The notes under the pieces: generated by a model
Seen by the model: the letters and a program-made list of their open reading frames with translations, nothing else
The model's database searches: none
What the model was told of the DNA's origin: nothing
Source: an uncultured Bifidobacteriaceae bacterium
GTDB lineage: Bacteria > Verrucomicrobiota > Verrucomicrobiia > Limisphaerales > UBA11358
NCBI GenBank assembly: GCA_964655855.1
Contig: CAZZPE010000007.1
Coordinates: forward strand, 12,341 to 76,340
Direction of reading: 5' to 3'
DNA: 64,000 nucleotides
Translations under genes and position numbers: made by a program
Shown here: positions 43,305 to 51,714 of the stretch, in pieces
How positions within the stretch are numbered: the stretch's first letter is position 1
How the letters are laid out: each line of letters starts with the position of its first letter

Positions 43305-43889
43305 ATGATGCTTGAATACGCGCTGGAAAAATTTCCGTTTTCCGCCAGGTTGCGGGACGGCACGGCGGTCATTGTGCGTCCGCTGGCCAAACGGGACGCC
43401 GGTCGCCTGCACAAATTCTTCCTCGCCGTGCCCGAGGAGGAGCGGTTGTTCATCAAGCAGCCGATTTTTGAGGGCGCACTTTTCAAGCAGTGGTGCCAGC
43501 ATCCCGATTTCGAGCACAATCTGCCGCTGATCATGCTGCATGGCGACCGGATCATCGGCGAGGCGACGCTGCACCAGCGGCTCGGCGGCTGGAAGCGGCA
43601 CATCGGATTGATCACCGTGCTGACGCATCCGAACTACCGCGGGCGCGACGTGGCCAGGATGCTGGTGGAGGAGCAGGTTGAAATTGCGCGGAACATGGGG
43701 TTGCGCCGGCTCGAGGCCGAGCTGAACGGCGAACGCAAGGTCGCCATCCGCGCGCTGGAGCAAATCGGGTTCGAGCACCTGATGAAACTGGAGGAGTATG
43801 TGCTCGACATGAAGGCCGTCATGCACGACTACGTCCTCATGGGCATGGATTTGCGGACGAGCGAGGAATACGCGGGCGTCGGCGGCTAA
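43305..43889 (+). CDS. GNAT-family N-acetyltransferase
   Basis: Start MMLEYALEKF at 43305. VLTHPNYRGRDVARMLVEEQV acetyl-CoA-binding-like motif. Confidence 0.65.
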   Translation: MMLEYALEKFPFSARLRDGTAVIVRPLAKRDAGRLHKFFLAVPEEERLFIKQPIFEGALFKQWCQHPDFEHNLPLIMLHGDRIIGEATLHQRLGGWKRHIGLITVLTHPNYRGRDVARMLVEEQVEIARNMGLRRLEAELNGERKVAIRALEQIGFEHLMKLEEYVLDMKAVMHDYVLMGMDLRTSEEYAGVGG

Positions 43890-43892
43890 AGC

Positions 43893-44297
43893 TCAGGCCT
43901 GGCTGGTGATCTTGCGCCAGTCCACCTTGTGCATGCTTGCATAAATGGCGAAGGCTTTTTCGTTTTGAATCAGCACCGCGCGCACGACGCTCGAGTCGTC
44001 GGCGCGGCCCAAATCCAGAATGCTTTCGGGGATGAACCCCATTTTTTTGTGCGCGTAAAGCAGCGCGAACACCGCCTGTGCGACGGTGACGTAGGGCAAA
44101 TCCTTGTAGCTGCCTTCCACCGCGTCCTCCACCGCGTCGGCGAGAAATCCGAGCTGGTTCACGAGGTGCGGAAATTTCGGCGCGTTGATCTGGGTGAACG
44201 CGAGCTTCCACTGGGGCAGCTGGCGCAGGATTTTTTCGGCGATGGCGGGTGTGACGCTGGCCGCACCGCTGTTGACGAATTTTGCGATTTCGGGCAT
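43893..44297 (-). CDS. Hypothetical protein (DUF1232/YkvA-like motif)
   Basis: FIPESILDLGRADDSSVV resembles the DUF1232 signature. Weak call. Confidence 0.4.
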   Translation of the reverse strand: MPEIAKFVNSGAASVTPAIAEKILRQLPQWKLAFTQINAPKFPHLVNQLGFLADAVEDAVEGSYKDLPYVTVAQAVFALLYAHKKMGFIPESILDLGRADDSSVVRAVLIQNEKAFAIYASMHKVDWRKITSQA

Positions 44298-44394
44298 GGC
44301 GACCGCAATCTATGAAAAACCCCGCGCCTGTCAAAGCGAAATCGCCATGACAAATCGCGTTTTCATCCGTCCGGCTTCCTGCTAGAAATGGGGC

Positions 44395-45276
44395 GTGCAA
44401 GATTTAATCGCCAAGGCCGGGACGCTGCTGGAAGCCCTGCCGTATATCCAGAAATTCAGCGGTGCGACCTTCGTCGTCAAATACGGCGGCAGCTTCATGG
44501 ACTCGCCCGACGAAACCGTCCGCACCGGCGTCGCGCGCGACGTCGTGTTTCTCGAAGCCGTCGAGATCAATCCCGTCGTCGTCCACGGCGGCGGCAAGGC
44601 CATCACCCGCGCCATGGAAAAGGCCGGATTGAAGGCGAATTTCATCCAGGGCCAGCGCGTCACCGACGAGTCCACGGTGGAAATCGTGGACAAAGTTTTG
44701 ACCGGCGAGATCAATCCGGAAATCGTCAGAACCATCAATGCGCTCGGCGGCCAGGCCGTGGGCTTCGCCGGGCGGGACATTTTCAAGTGCCGCAAGCTCT
44801 GGCTGGACGACCGGGAAAATCCCGGCAAAAAAATTGACATCGGCTACGTCGGCGAAGTCATCGAGGTCAACGTCGCGCCGCTCAAGGAATCCATGTGGTG
44901 CGGCTTCACGCCGGTCATCAGCCCGACCGCGCGCGGCGAGGACGGCAAAATTTACAACTGCAACGCCGACGTGGCCGCCGCAATGTGTGCCATCGCGCTC
45001 AACGCCAAACGGCTCGTGTTCATGTCCGACGTGCCCGGCTTGATGCGCGACCCGAAAGCCCCGGACACGCTCATCGCGCATCTGAAAACCGGCGAGGTTC
45101 CCGGACTGAAATCCGCCGGCATCGTGGACAAGGGCATGATTCCCAAGGTGGACAGCGCCGTCGCCGCCATCAAATCCGGCGTGGAAAAGGTTTCCTTCGT
45201 GGACGGCCGGGTGCCGCACGCCGTGATGCTCGAAATCTTCACCGACAAGGGCGTCGGCACGGAAATCGTGTTGTAA
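44395..45276 (+). CDS. argB: Acetylglutamate kinase
   Basis: FVVKYGGS, VVVHGGG and NADVAAAMCAIAL motifs. Confidence 0.92.
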   Translation: MQDLIAKAGTLLEALPYIQKFSGATFVVKYGGSFMDSPDETVRTGVARDVVFLEAVEINPVVVHGGGKAITRAMEKAGLKANFIQGQRVTDESTVEIVDKVLTGEINPEIVRTINALGGQAVGFAGRDIFKCRKLWLDDRENPGKKIDIGYVGEVIEVNVAPLKESMWCGFTPVISPTARGEDGKIYNCNADVAAAMCAIALNAKRLVFMSDVPGLMRDPKAPDTLIAHLKTGEVPGLKSAGIVDKGMIPKVDSAVAAIKSGVEKVSFVDGRVPHAVMLEIFTDKGVGTEIVL

Positions 45277-45277
45277 T

Positions 45278-45693
45278 TTCCGATTGGCGATTGCGGATTG
45301 CGGATTTGTATGAACCCGGGCGAATTAAAACAGCGGACGAAAGATTTTGGCAAGCGCGTCATCAAGATGATTGAAGCCTTGCCCAAAAACACCACGACGA
45401 CCGTCATTGGCCGCCAATTGCTGCGAAGCGCGACTTCGGTTGGTGCGAATTACCGGGCGGTTTGCCGCGCCAAGTCGCGTGCCGATTTCGTTGCGAAGCC
45501 CGGAATCGTTGAGGAAGAATGCGACGAATCACTTTACTGGATTGAAATGCTGGTCGAAACAAATCAAATAAAGCCGGCGTTGGTTTCAAATTTGGCAAAA
45601 GAGGGCGAGGAAATACTTGCCATTGTCGTCACATCCGCTAAAACCGCACGAATGAAAAACAATCCGCAATCCGCAATCGCCAATCCGAAATGA
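45278..45693 (+). mobile_element. Inverted-repeat-flanked four-helix-bundle gene cassette inserted between argB and argD
   Basis: Left arm 45278-45306 (ttccgattggcgattgcggattgcggatt) and right arm 45660-45688 are inverted repeats sharing a 25-bp perfect core. The whole cassette fills the argB-argD spacer. Confidence 0.45.
45310..45693 (+). CDS. Four-helix-bundle protein (23S rRNA intervening-sequence protein family), short form
   Basis: IGRQLLRSATSVGANYRAVCRAKSRADF and ECDESLYWIEML motifs. The C-terminal tail NNPQSAIANPK is encoded by the right heptamer repeat. Its TGA overlaps the argD ATG (ATGA at 45690-45693). Confidence 0.75.
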   Translation: MNPGELKQRTKDFGKRVIKMIEALPKNTTTTVIGRQLLRSATSVGANYRAVCRAKSRADFVAKPGIVEEECDESLYWIEMLVETNQIKPALVSNLAKEGEEILAIVVTSAKTARMKNNPQSAIANPK

Positions 45694-46979
45694 AAAACAT
45701 TGTTTCAACGCCGCCGCCGATTGTGCGGAATGACTACGAATCCATCCGCGAGCTCTTCGCGAAAAATGTCGTGCCGAGCTACGGCCGCTTTGAACTCGTG
45801 TTGAGTCACGGCGCGGGCAGCTACGTTTTTGACGTCGCCGGCAAACGCTATCTCGATCTCGGTGGCGGCATCGCCGTAAACTGTCTCGGTCACGCGCATC
45901 CGGCCATCACCGGGGCGCTCGTCGAACAGTCCAAGAAACTCATCCACGTCTCGAACCTGTATTTCACCGAGCCGCAGGGCCGGCTGGCCGCCGAAATCGT
46001 CAAACGCACTGGCGCGGGCAAGGTCTTTTTTTGCAACAGCGGCGCGGAGGCGAACGAGGGGCTTTTCAAGCTGGCTCGGAAATTTGGCCACGACGAAGGC
46101 CGGTTTGAAATCCTGACGGCGACAAATTCCTTTCATGGCCGGACGATGGCCGGCATCGCCGCCACTGGTCAGGACAAGGTGAAAAAAGGGTTTGAGCCGG
46201 CGACACCGGGTTTCCGGCACATTCCTTTCAACGATCTGGCGGCGGCGCGGGCGGCGATTTCGCCGGCGACCGTGGCCATTTTGATCGAAGGCGTGCAGGG
46301 CGAAGGCGGCGTCACGCCCGCCACGCCGGAGTATTTGCTCGGACTGCGGCGGTTGTGCGACGAGAAAAAACTGCTGCTGCTCATGGACGAAGTGCAGTGC
46401 GGCTATTTCCGGACGGGAAAATTCCAGAGCTTCCAGCGGATTCTCGAAACTGCCAATCCGCAATCCGAATTCCTGCCCGACGGCGTTTCCATGGCCAAGT
46501 CGCTCGGCGGCGGATTTCCCATTGGTGCGTTCTGGGTGCGCGCGCCGTATGCGGATTTGTTGGGCGCCGGCACGCACGGCACGACCTACGGCGGCACGCC
46601 GCTGGCCTGCGCCGTCGCGCTGAAAATCTTTGAAGTCGTCGAGCGCGAGCGGCTGGATGAAAACGCCCGCAAGCTCGGCGAGTGGCTGAAAAGGGAATTG
46701 GAGCGGCTCGCAAAAGATTGTCCCGGCGTCGTCAAAAACGCGCGCGGCCTCGGCTTCATGCTCGGACTTGAACTGGTGGAAAAGGAAAAAATTCCGGCGT
46801 TTGCCCCCGGCGACAAACCGGCGTCCATTCAAATGACCCACCGGCTGCAACAGGCCGGCGTGCTGGTGATTCCCGCCGGCGCGCAGGTGATCCGCCTGCT
46901 GCCGCCGCTGAATTTGAAGCCGCAGGAAGCCGGCGAAGGCATTGCCAAGATCGAGGAAATCGTCAAATCGCTCGCCTGA
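45690..46979 (+). CDS. argD: Acetylornithine aminotransferase
   Basis: Class III aminotransferase motifs: FCNSGAEANE, LLLMDEVQCG, SMAKSLGGGFPIGA. Contains an aatccgc-type repeat at 46451-46473. Confidence 0.9.
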   Translation: MKNIVSTPPPIVRNDYESIRELFAKNVVPSYGRFELVLSHGAGSYVFDVAGKRYLDLGGGIAVNCLGHAHPAITGALVEQSKKLIHVSNLYFTEPQGRLAAEIVKRTGAGKVFFCNSGAEANEGLFKLARKFGHDEGRFEILTATNSFHGRTMAGIAATGQDKVKKGFEPATPGFRHIPFNDLAAARAAISPATVAILIEGVQGEGGVTPATPEYLLGLRRLCDEKKLLLLMDEVQCGYFRTGKFQSFQRILETANPQSEFLPDGVSMAKSLGGGFPIGAFWVRAPYADLLGAGTHGTTYGGTPLACAVALKIFEVVERERLDENARKLGEWLKRELERLAKDCPGVVKNARGLGFMLGLELVEKEKIPAFAPGDKPASIQMTHRLQQAGVLVIPAGAQVIRLLPPLNLKPQEAGEGIAKIEEIVKSLA

Positions 46980-47081
46980 ACCAAAAGCTGGGGGCGTTTA
47001 AGCGGTGGGCACAGATTAACACGTTCTTTTTTTTATTCCGATTTTGGAATAGAACTCCTTGTGTTTGGTTCCCTGCAACAA

Positions 47082-47114
47082 AAAAAGGCCGGGACGGTTT
47101 CCCGTTCCGGCCTC
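47082..47114 (-). terminator. Rho-independent terminator after FN3 gene B
   Basis: On the minus strand: ggccggaacgg gaaa ccgtcccggcc, followed by ttttttt. Confidence 0.75.
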
Positions 47115-47179
47115 ATTTGCCGAATCCCATTTGAGCTTTCAGAATTTCAGCATTTGCCATGGTGGCCGTCCGCAAGGAC

Positions 47180-47842
47180 TCAGTCCACAATTTTGGAGCC
47201 GGGCATGGACCAGTCGCTTTGGCCGGTGCTGCCGCCCAGCGCGCGCGCCCGCACCTGATACACCGTGCCGGTGGTCAGGCCCGCCAGCGTGATGGTGCGC
47301 GCCTGCGTGGAAAACATGGCCGTTGTCCATGCGCCGGTGCCGGTGCAAGTCTGCACCTCGTAACCCACCGCGTTGGTGATCGGCGTCAGATGCACATCCA
47401 GTTGCGTGGAGATGTCGTTGTCTATGCCCGTGATGGACGGCGCGTCCAGCGGCGACTGCGCGCGGTTGGTGCTGGCCGCCTGGTAGCCGGAGGAGAGCAG
47501 CATTGGCAAATTTGTGCGTGCCACCGTTTGGACGTAAAAACCATTGGCGTCCAGGCCTTCAAACGCAACCGCCAGCGCGGCGTTTTTCTCCGCCGTCTGC
47601 GGGGTTCCGGCATCCACGGCGGCTGCGATGGCCGCCTGCAGGGAATTCATGCGCGTGGTCATGTCCACGGGCAATGTCGGATCGGGCGGCACCGGCGGCG
47701 CCAGCGGCACCGGCGGTTTGGGGAACGCCGCGTTGCCCGTCATGCATTTGATGATCCAGGCCATGATTGACACCACCATGGACGCCGGCATTTTTTTGTA
47801 GCCCAGGCTGACGCGGTTGTTTTTTGTGTTTGATGTGTTCAT
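47180..47842 (-). CDS. Hypothetical protein with a C-terminal fibronectin type III domain (paralog B)
   Basis: 220 aa. LAGLTTGTVYQVRARALGGSTGQSDWS. Homologous to 31792..32412. Confidence 0.7.
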   Translation of the reverse strand: MNTSNTKNNRVSLGYKKMPASMVVSIMAWIIKCMTGNAAFPKPPVPLAPPVPPDPTLPVDMTTRMNSLQAAIAAAVDAGTPQTAEKNAALAVAFEGLDANGFYVQTVARTNLPMLLSSGYQAASTNRAQSPLDAPSITGIDNDISTQLDVHLTPITNAVGYEVQTCTGTGAWTTAMFSTQARTITLAGLTTGTVYQVRARALGGSTGQSDWSMPGSKIVD

Positions 47843-48224
47843 TTTCCTTCAACTTTCGTTTGTGGTTGTGAGGCCCGGCAATGCCGGCGTGGTCTGGCAG
47901 CGGCGGCTTGAACCGTCGTTGTTTTCCAGCCATTGATCAGCGCGCATGCATCAGGCAACGCTGCGACCGTTTTGCCAGGGTCTCCTGTTCAATGTCACCA
48001 GGCCGTCTGGAGGAAACCATCCGGCTTCGCGCCGGCCCAGGGTGACACCACATCGTAAAGCAAACCGAATGCCAAGTTCTAATCCAGATTATTTATCAAT
48101 AGGTGTAATTCTTTATCTAAAACACAAAACGCGCATAACTTATTTATTGCCAACCACTTGCCGGTGCAAATTGTTTTGGGGCGCGGGATCGGGGTTGTTC
48201 CTGTCTACGGGAAAAAACCGGCTC

Positions 48225-48525
48225 TGGGACGGTAATATGTGCCTCTGATACGGGAATATCCGCCTCTGATATTACCGTCTTTGAGGCAGTTCTTGCCGTC
48301 TTGGACACGGATATTACCGTCCCGGCCAACGAGATTATCGCCTCCGTCTGTGATATTCCCGTCTCAATCATCGGGATTCCCGTCTCGGACTCCGATATTG
48401 CCGTCTCGGTCAACGAGATTATCATCTTCGTCTCTGATATTACCGTCCCGGTTATTGAGATTTCCGTCTTTGCCTTGGGAATTCCCGTCTCGGTCATCGA
48501 GATTCGCCTCTCAATGTCACAATTT
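48225..48525. repeat. Array of ~12-13 21-bp repeats upstream of FN3 gene B
   Basis: Plus-strand units: gatattaccgtcccggccaac / gagattatcgcctccgtctgt ... The conserved core is GAnATTnCCGTC, which is GACGGnAATnTC in the gene orientation. Confidence 0.85.
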
Positions 48526-48769
48526 CCATTTTTATGGAAAAAGCGGGCAAAAAGGGCGCCCCGCAGCCAAAATCGGCGCGAACGCAGTGCCGACCGGAAA
48601 TGCGAAACACATGAAACACGCGGGCGCTTTGACCGCTGATTGCGCGGATTTCTGTTTTCCGGTTTGTCATTCTTGTGTGCCTTTTTGTGGCGATTAAGTC
48701 TGGCCACCCGGTTTGCCTGTTGTGTATGGCCGGTCTTTCAATCCGCCTCTTGAACAACCCCACTTCCGC

Positions 48770-49546
48770 CTAAAAATTCAAGTTAAGGAACTTTCGGCGC
48801 GCTTCATTGCGGTTCTCCGCGCCAAGTTTTTTATAAATGCTGTGAAGATGGACATGCACGGTGTTCGGCGAAATTTTAAGCAGGCAGGCTATGTCCTTGT
48901 CACAGCGGTTGGAGCAGACCTGGAGCATGACTTGCTGTTCCCGCGCGGTTAAACCCCACGAGAACACGTTTTCGCCAAGCGTATGCAGCCATTGGACGAT
49001 CGTTTTCTCCGAGTGCGCGCATAGCGCTGGAAAGCCCTCCAACGCCTTTTTGACCGCCGAAATGGTGTCCGAAGGCGAACTGGGCTTGACCACGTAACCC
49101 GACGCGCCGGCTATCATGGAGGAAATGAAACTGTCGGTGTCCGTTCGCGCCGAGAACATCACCACCGGCAAGTCAGGCAGCAATGCCTTGATTTTTTTGG
49201 TGCATTCAATCCCCGTCATTTCGGGCATGGTAATATCCATCAAAACGGCGCGGGGCGGGACTTGTTTGATGCAGTCAATGGCCAGATTGCCGTCCAGATA
49301 ACTGTCCAGCGTCCAATCGGCGGCCAGCACCTTGAAAGTCTGGCGCATGGCGGCATGAATGCTCGGATCATCATCCACCAGCGCGATGTGAATTGCCTGG
49401 CCGGAGGGCGCAGACTGGCGCTGGCCCGCAAGTTTCGCGGCAACCGCCGCTGGCGTTGATGGCCTTGCCAGGGATTTTGCCGGAACCAGTGCAGACGATG
49501 GCCTGCCTGATTTCGTCGCAGCGTCAAATGTTACGCGCGATCCCAT
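48770..49546 (-). CDS. Response regulator, REC plus LuxR/FixJ-type HTH
   Basis: Likely start MGSRVTF at 49546. REC: IALVDDDPSIH, VLMDITMPEMTG. HTH: LTAREQQVMLQV...IACLLKISPNTVHVHLHSIYKKLG. No histidine kinase lies adjacent. Confidence 0.8.
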   Translation of the reverse strand: MGSRVTFDAATKSGRPSSALVPAKSLARPSTPAAVAAKLAGQRQSAPSGQAIHIALVDDDPSIHAAMRQTFKVLAADWTLDSYLDGNLAIDCIKQVPPRAVLMDITMPEMTGIECTKKIKALLPDLPVVMFSARTDTDSFISSMIAGASGYVVKPSSPSDTISAVKKALEGFPALCAHSEKTIVQWLHTLGENVFSWGLTAREQQVMLQVCSNRCDKDIACLLKISPNTVHVHLHSIYKKLGAENRNEARRKFLNLNF

Positions 49547-49783
49547 GACTTCAGAGGTTTTCCATTGGTGAATCCGGATAAATTCAATTTGACAAAAGCA
49601 TGTTCCATGCCCTGCCGATCCAATCGTTTGATAAATCCAAGACCATTGGGGCGGCAAGAGCAAGGGGAAAACGGGCTGTTTTCCCGCTAAAATGGTCTAA
49701 ACTATGTCTAACCCTTTTATTGTTCAAAAAACGTTTGCTTATTCAAAGGCGCTTATGATTTACTGGCATCAATCGGCAAGGCC

Positions 49784-51148
49784 ATGTGGCGGGACCGATG
49801 GGAGTGGCATCTGACGGATATGCACGGAGCAATTGGAATTTGTCAAGACGCGCGGAAGCACAAGGAGCGAGAGGATGGATTTTGCCCACGATGGATCGCG
49901 CTGGTGCCGAAATCTAACCAACATTCGTCCACGGTTAGTTGCCGAGTCCGCGCTCAATTAATTTCTTCGCTTAGGCTCATATTCATTGTTCAACTTCTCT
50001 TCTGTTCAACCTATCTTTTTGCCGCGGATGCTGTAAGCCTGAGCGGATATTTCACTGTTCTTACACAGGATGGACTTCATAAGCCTTTACCTCAACTATG
50101 CAGCAGCAATGAGTTTCAGGTTTTGGTTTGCCGTGATGGTCGCTGGGCCATTAATGTGCGTTCATTGGCAAAGGAAGACGATATCTCTTATTTAACATTT
50201 GACGGTAAGGATACGTATTCTGTTCATTACCAGAATTCAATTATGGGAATGACAAATGGTCAGCCTGACATTATTGCGACCGAGCCATTTACAAATCATA
50301 TCAATCGCGCGTCGATAAGCGCAGGCGGTTATCCATTTAACGTTTCAGACCCACAAGGCAGGGCACAAGTATTATGGCTTGCGTTTGATGCGGGCTCGTA
50401 TCTTCATGACCATCCACAGAAATCAATGCCTCTCCCATGGGCATATGTAAGATGGAACTTGGCCGCCTATGGATTCCGAATGGAGTATGAGTTAAGTGAG
50501 AATGCGCCCAACGCTATTCGAAGCTTGAAATTTATCAGGTCAACGGCGCTCGACCTGCCTGATAATGAGGAATTTGATCGTCCCGAACTTGACAATATCA
50601 ACAGGTCTGTATTCGAGAAGACGCTTGAACAACGCAAGAAGGAGTTGCCGGATGGTTTTGTAGAAGGGATTTTTCGGGGTTCCGAAAGCACGAACTATCA
50701 CAGCATGGAACTTCCTCTTGCATTTGCTTTCAAAGTTTTTAACCCGCATTATAAAAAGGATGATTTTTCTCGGAAATACGAAGGAATTGTTACTAATGTA
50801 GCGGAGGCAGATTCATTAAACTTCTCCCTTCCTCCAATCCAATCTGAACTTCGTGTTAAGGACGAACGCAGGAGATATAAAAGTGCCGCTAAGATAGAAA
50901 CTGAAGTGGATTATCGCTTAAAGCCGGCAGAGAATTGGCTATCGAAGGATGCGTTAGCTTCGCAACAGTTTGAAGCTGTTATACATGACCCGGTATCGGA
51001 CAGGAAACGATACCTTGGCAAACTGGACAAAGAGTTAATTGTAAAGATTGCCCTTCTAATTTCCACAGTTTTACCCATTATAATATTTATCATTATCCGC
51101 TTCAAACCCAAATTACCTCCATCAAAAAAATGGTATACAATACAATAG
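49784..51148 (+). CDS. Hypothetical membrane-anchored protein (no recognised family)
   Basis: Internal signal/anchor LISSLRLIFIVQLLFCSTYLFAADA and a C-terminal TM segment IALLISTVLPIIIFIIIRF. AT-rich codon usage. The start is uncertain (49784 or 49820). Confidence 0.5.
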   Translation: MWRDRWEWHLTDMHGAIGICQDARKHKEREDGFCPRWIALVPKSNQHSSTVSCRVRAQLISSLRLIFIVQLLFCSTYLFAADAVSLSGYFTVLTQDGLHKPLPQLCSSNEFQVLVCRDGRWAINVRSLAKEDDISYLTFDGKDTYSVHYQNSIMGMTNGQPDIIATEPFTNHINRASISAGGYPFNVSDPQGRAQVLWLAFDAGSYLHDHPQKSMPLPWAYVRWNLAAYGFRMEYELSENAPNAIRSLKFIRSTALDLPDNEEFDRPELDNINRSVFEKTLEQRKKELPDGFVEGIFRGSESTNYHSMELPLAFAFKVFNPHYKKDDFSRKYEGIVTNVAEADSLNFSLPPIQSELRVKDERRRYKSAAKIETEVDYRLKPAENWLSKDALASQQFEAVIHDPVSDRKRYLGKLDKELIVKIALLISTVLPIIIFIIIRFKPKLPPSKKWYTIQ

Positions 51149-51217
51149 CGTTAGAATAAGAATTTGAATGGAAGCAACAAAACAAACAAAACAAACAACA
51201 CAACAACAAAAAAGTAT

Positions 51218-51538
51218 ATGAAATTAAAAATGAAATGCGTAAAGACAGCGATTACCATTATGTGCGTTATTGCCGTGTCAGCGCCGTTGGCGCGGGCATT
51301 TACATATTACGATTGCCTTGCGGACTCGAGCACCGGCAGTCGTCCCTGCAAGCAGCCCACAGAAGGCAACCCCGATTGTTCTGGAAAAGCATGCGATTGG
51401 ATAAATGAATTCGACGATTGCCAAACCGTTAAGTTCGTATCGGTGTGCCTTTCGTGTGATACTGATATTACGACTGTAGTCATCGGGACGTGTCAAAAGG
51501 GTGGAGATGGTAGCTGTTATTGCTGGCCTGTAATGTAA
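51218..51538 (+). CDS. Small secreted cysteine-rich protein (10 Cys in an ~85-aa mature part)
   Basis: Start MKLKMKCVKTAITIMCVIAVSAPLARA (signal peptide). Mature sequence FTYYDC...C...C...C...C...C..C...C...CYCWPVM. Preceded by an A/C-rich leader. Confidence 0.55.
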   Translation: MKLKMKCVKTAITIMCVIAVSAPLARAFTYYDCLADSSTGSRPCKQPTEGNPDCSGKACDWINEFDDCQTVKFVSVCLSCDTDITTVVIGTCQKGGDGSCYCWPVM

Positions 51539-51714
51539 CTGTATTTGCAGCCAATAATTTCATGGTTGCTATCATAACGCTATTCTGCCGACAGGGCGGA
51601 TTAATAAGTTATTAAGGCCAACCTCGCTGTTATGCTGTCGTGAATCATAACAGCGAGAGTTGGTCTGTATTAAATTATTTCCAGGCAACACCCCAAAAGT
51701 TTTCGAGGGTGATT

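Noticed and set aside
31792-47842. FN3 paralogs as a diversity-generating retroelement target/template pair
   Set aside because: There is no reverse transcriptase gene in the window. The two genes differ throughout, not in an adenine-specific pattern within a short variable region.
48144-48707. 187-aa ORF (TETGIPK/AKTEISI heptads) and ORFs 48239..48697 and 48301..48639 as a real repeat protein
   Set aside because: Three overlapping frames are open simultaneously. The conservation pattern among the 21-mers does not follow codon wobble, and ATA and other rare codons are frequent. It is kept only as an alternative hypothesis in the findings.
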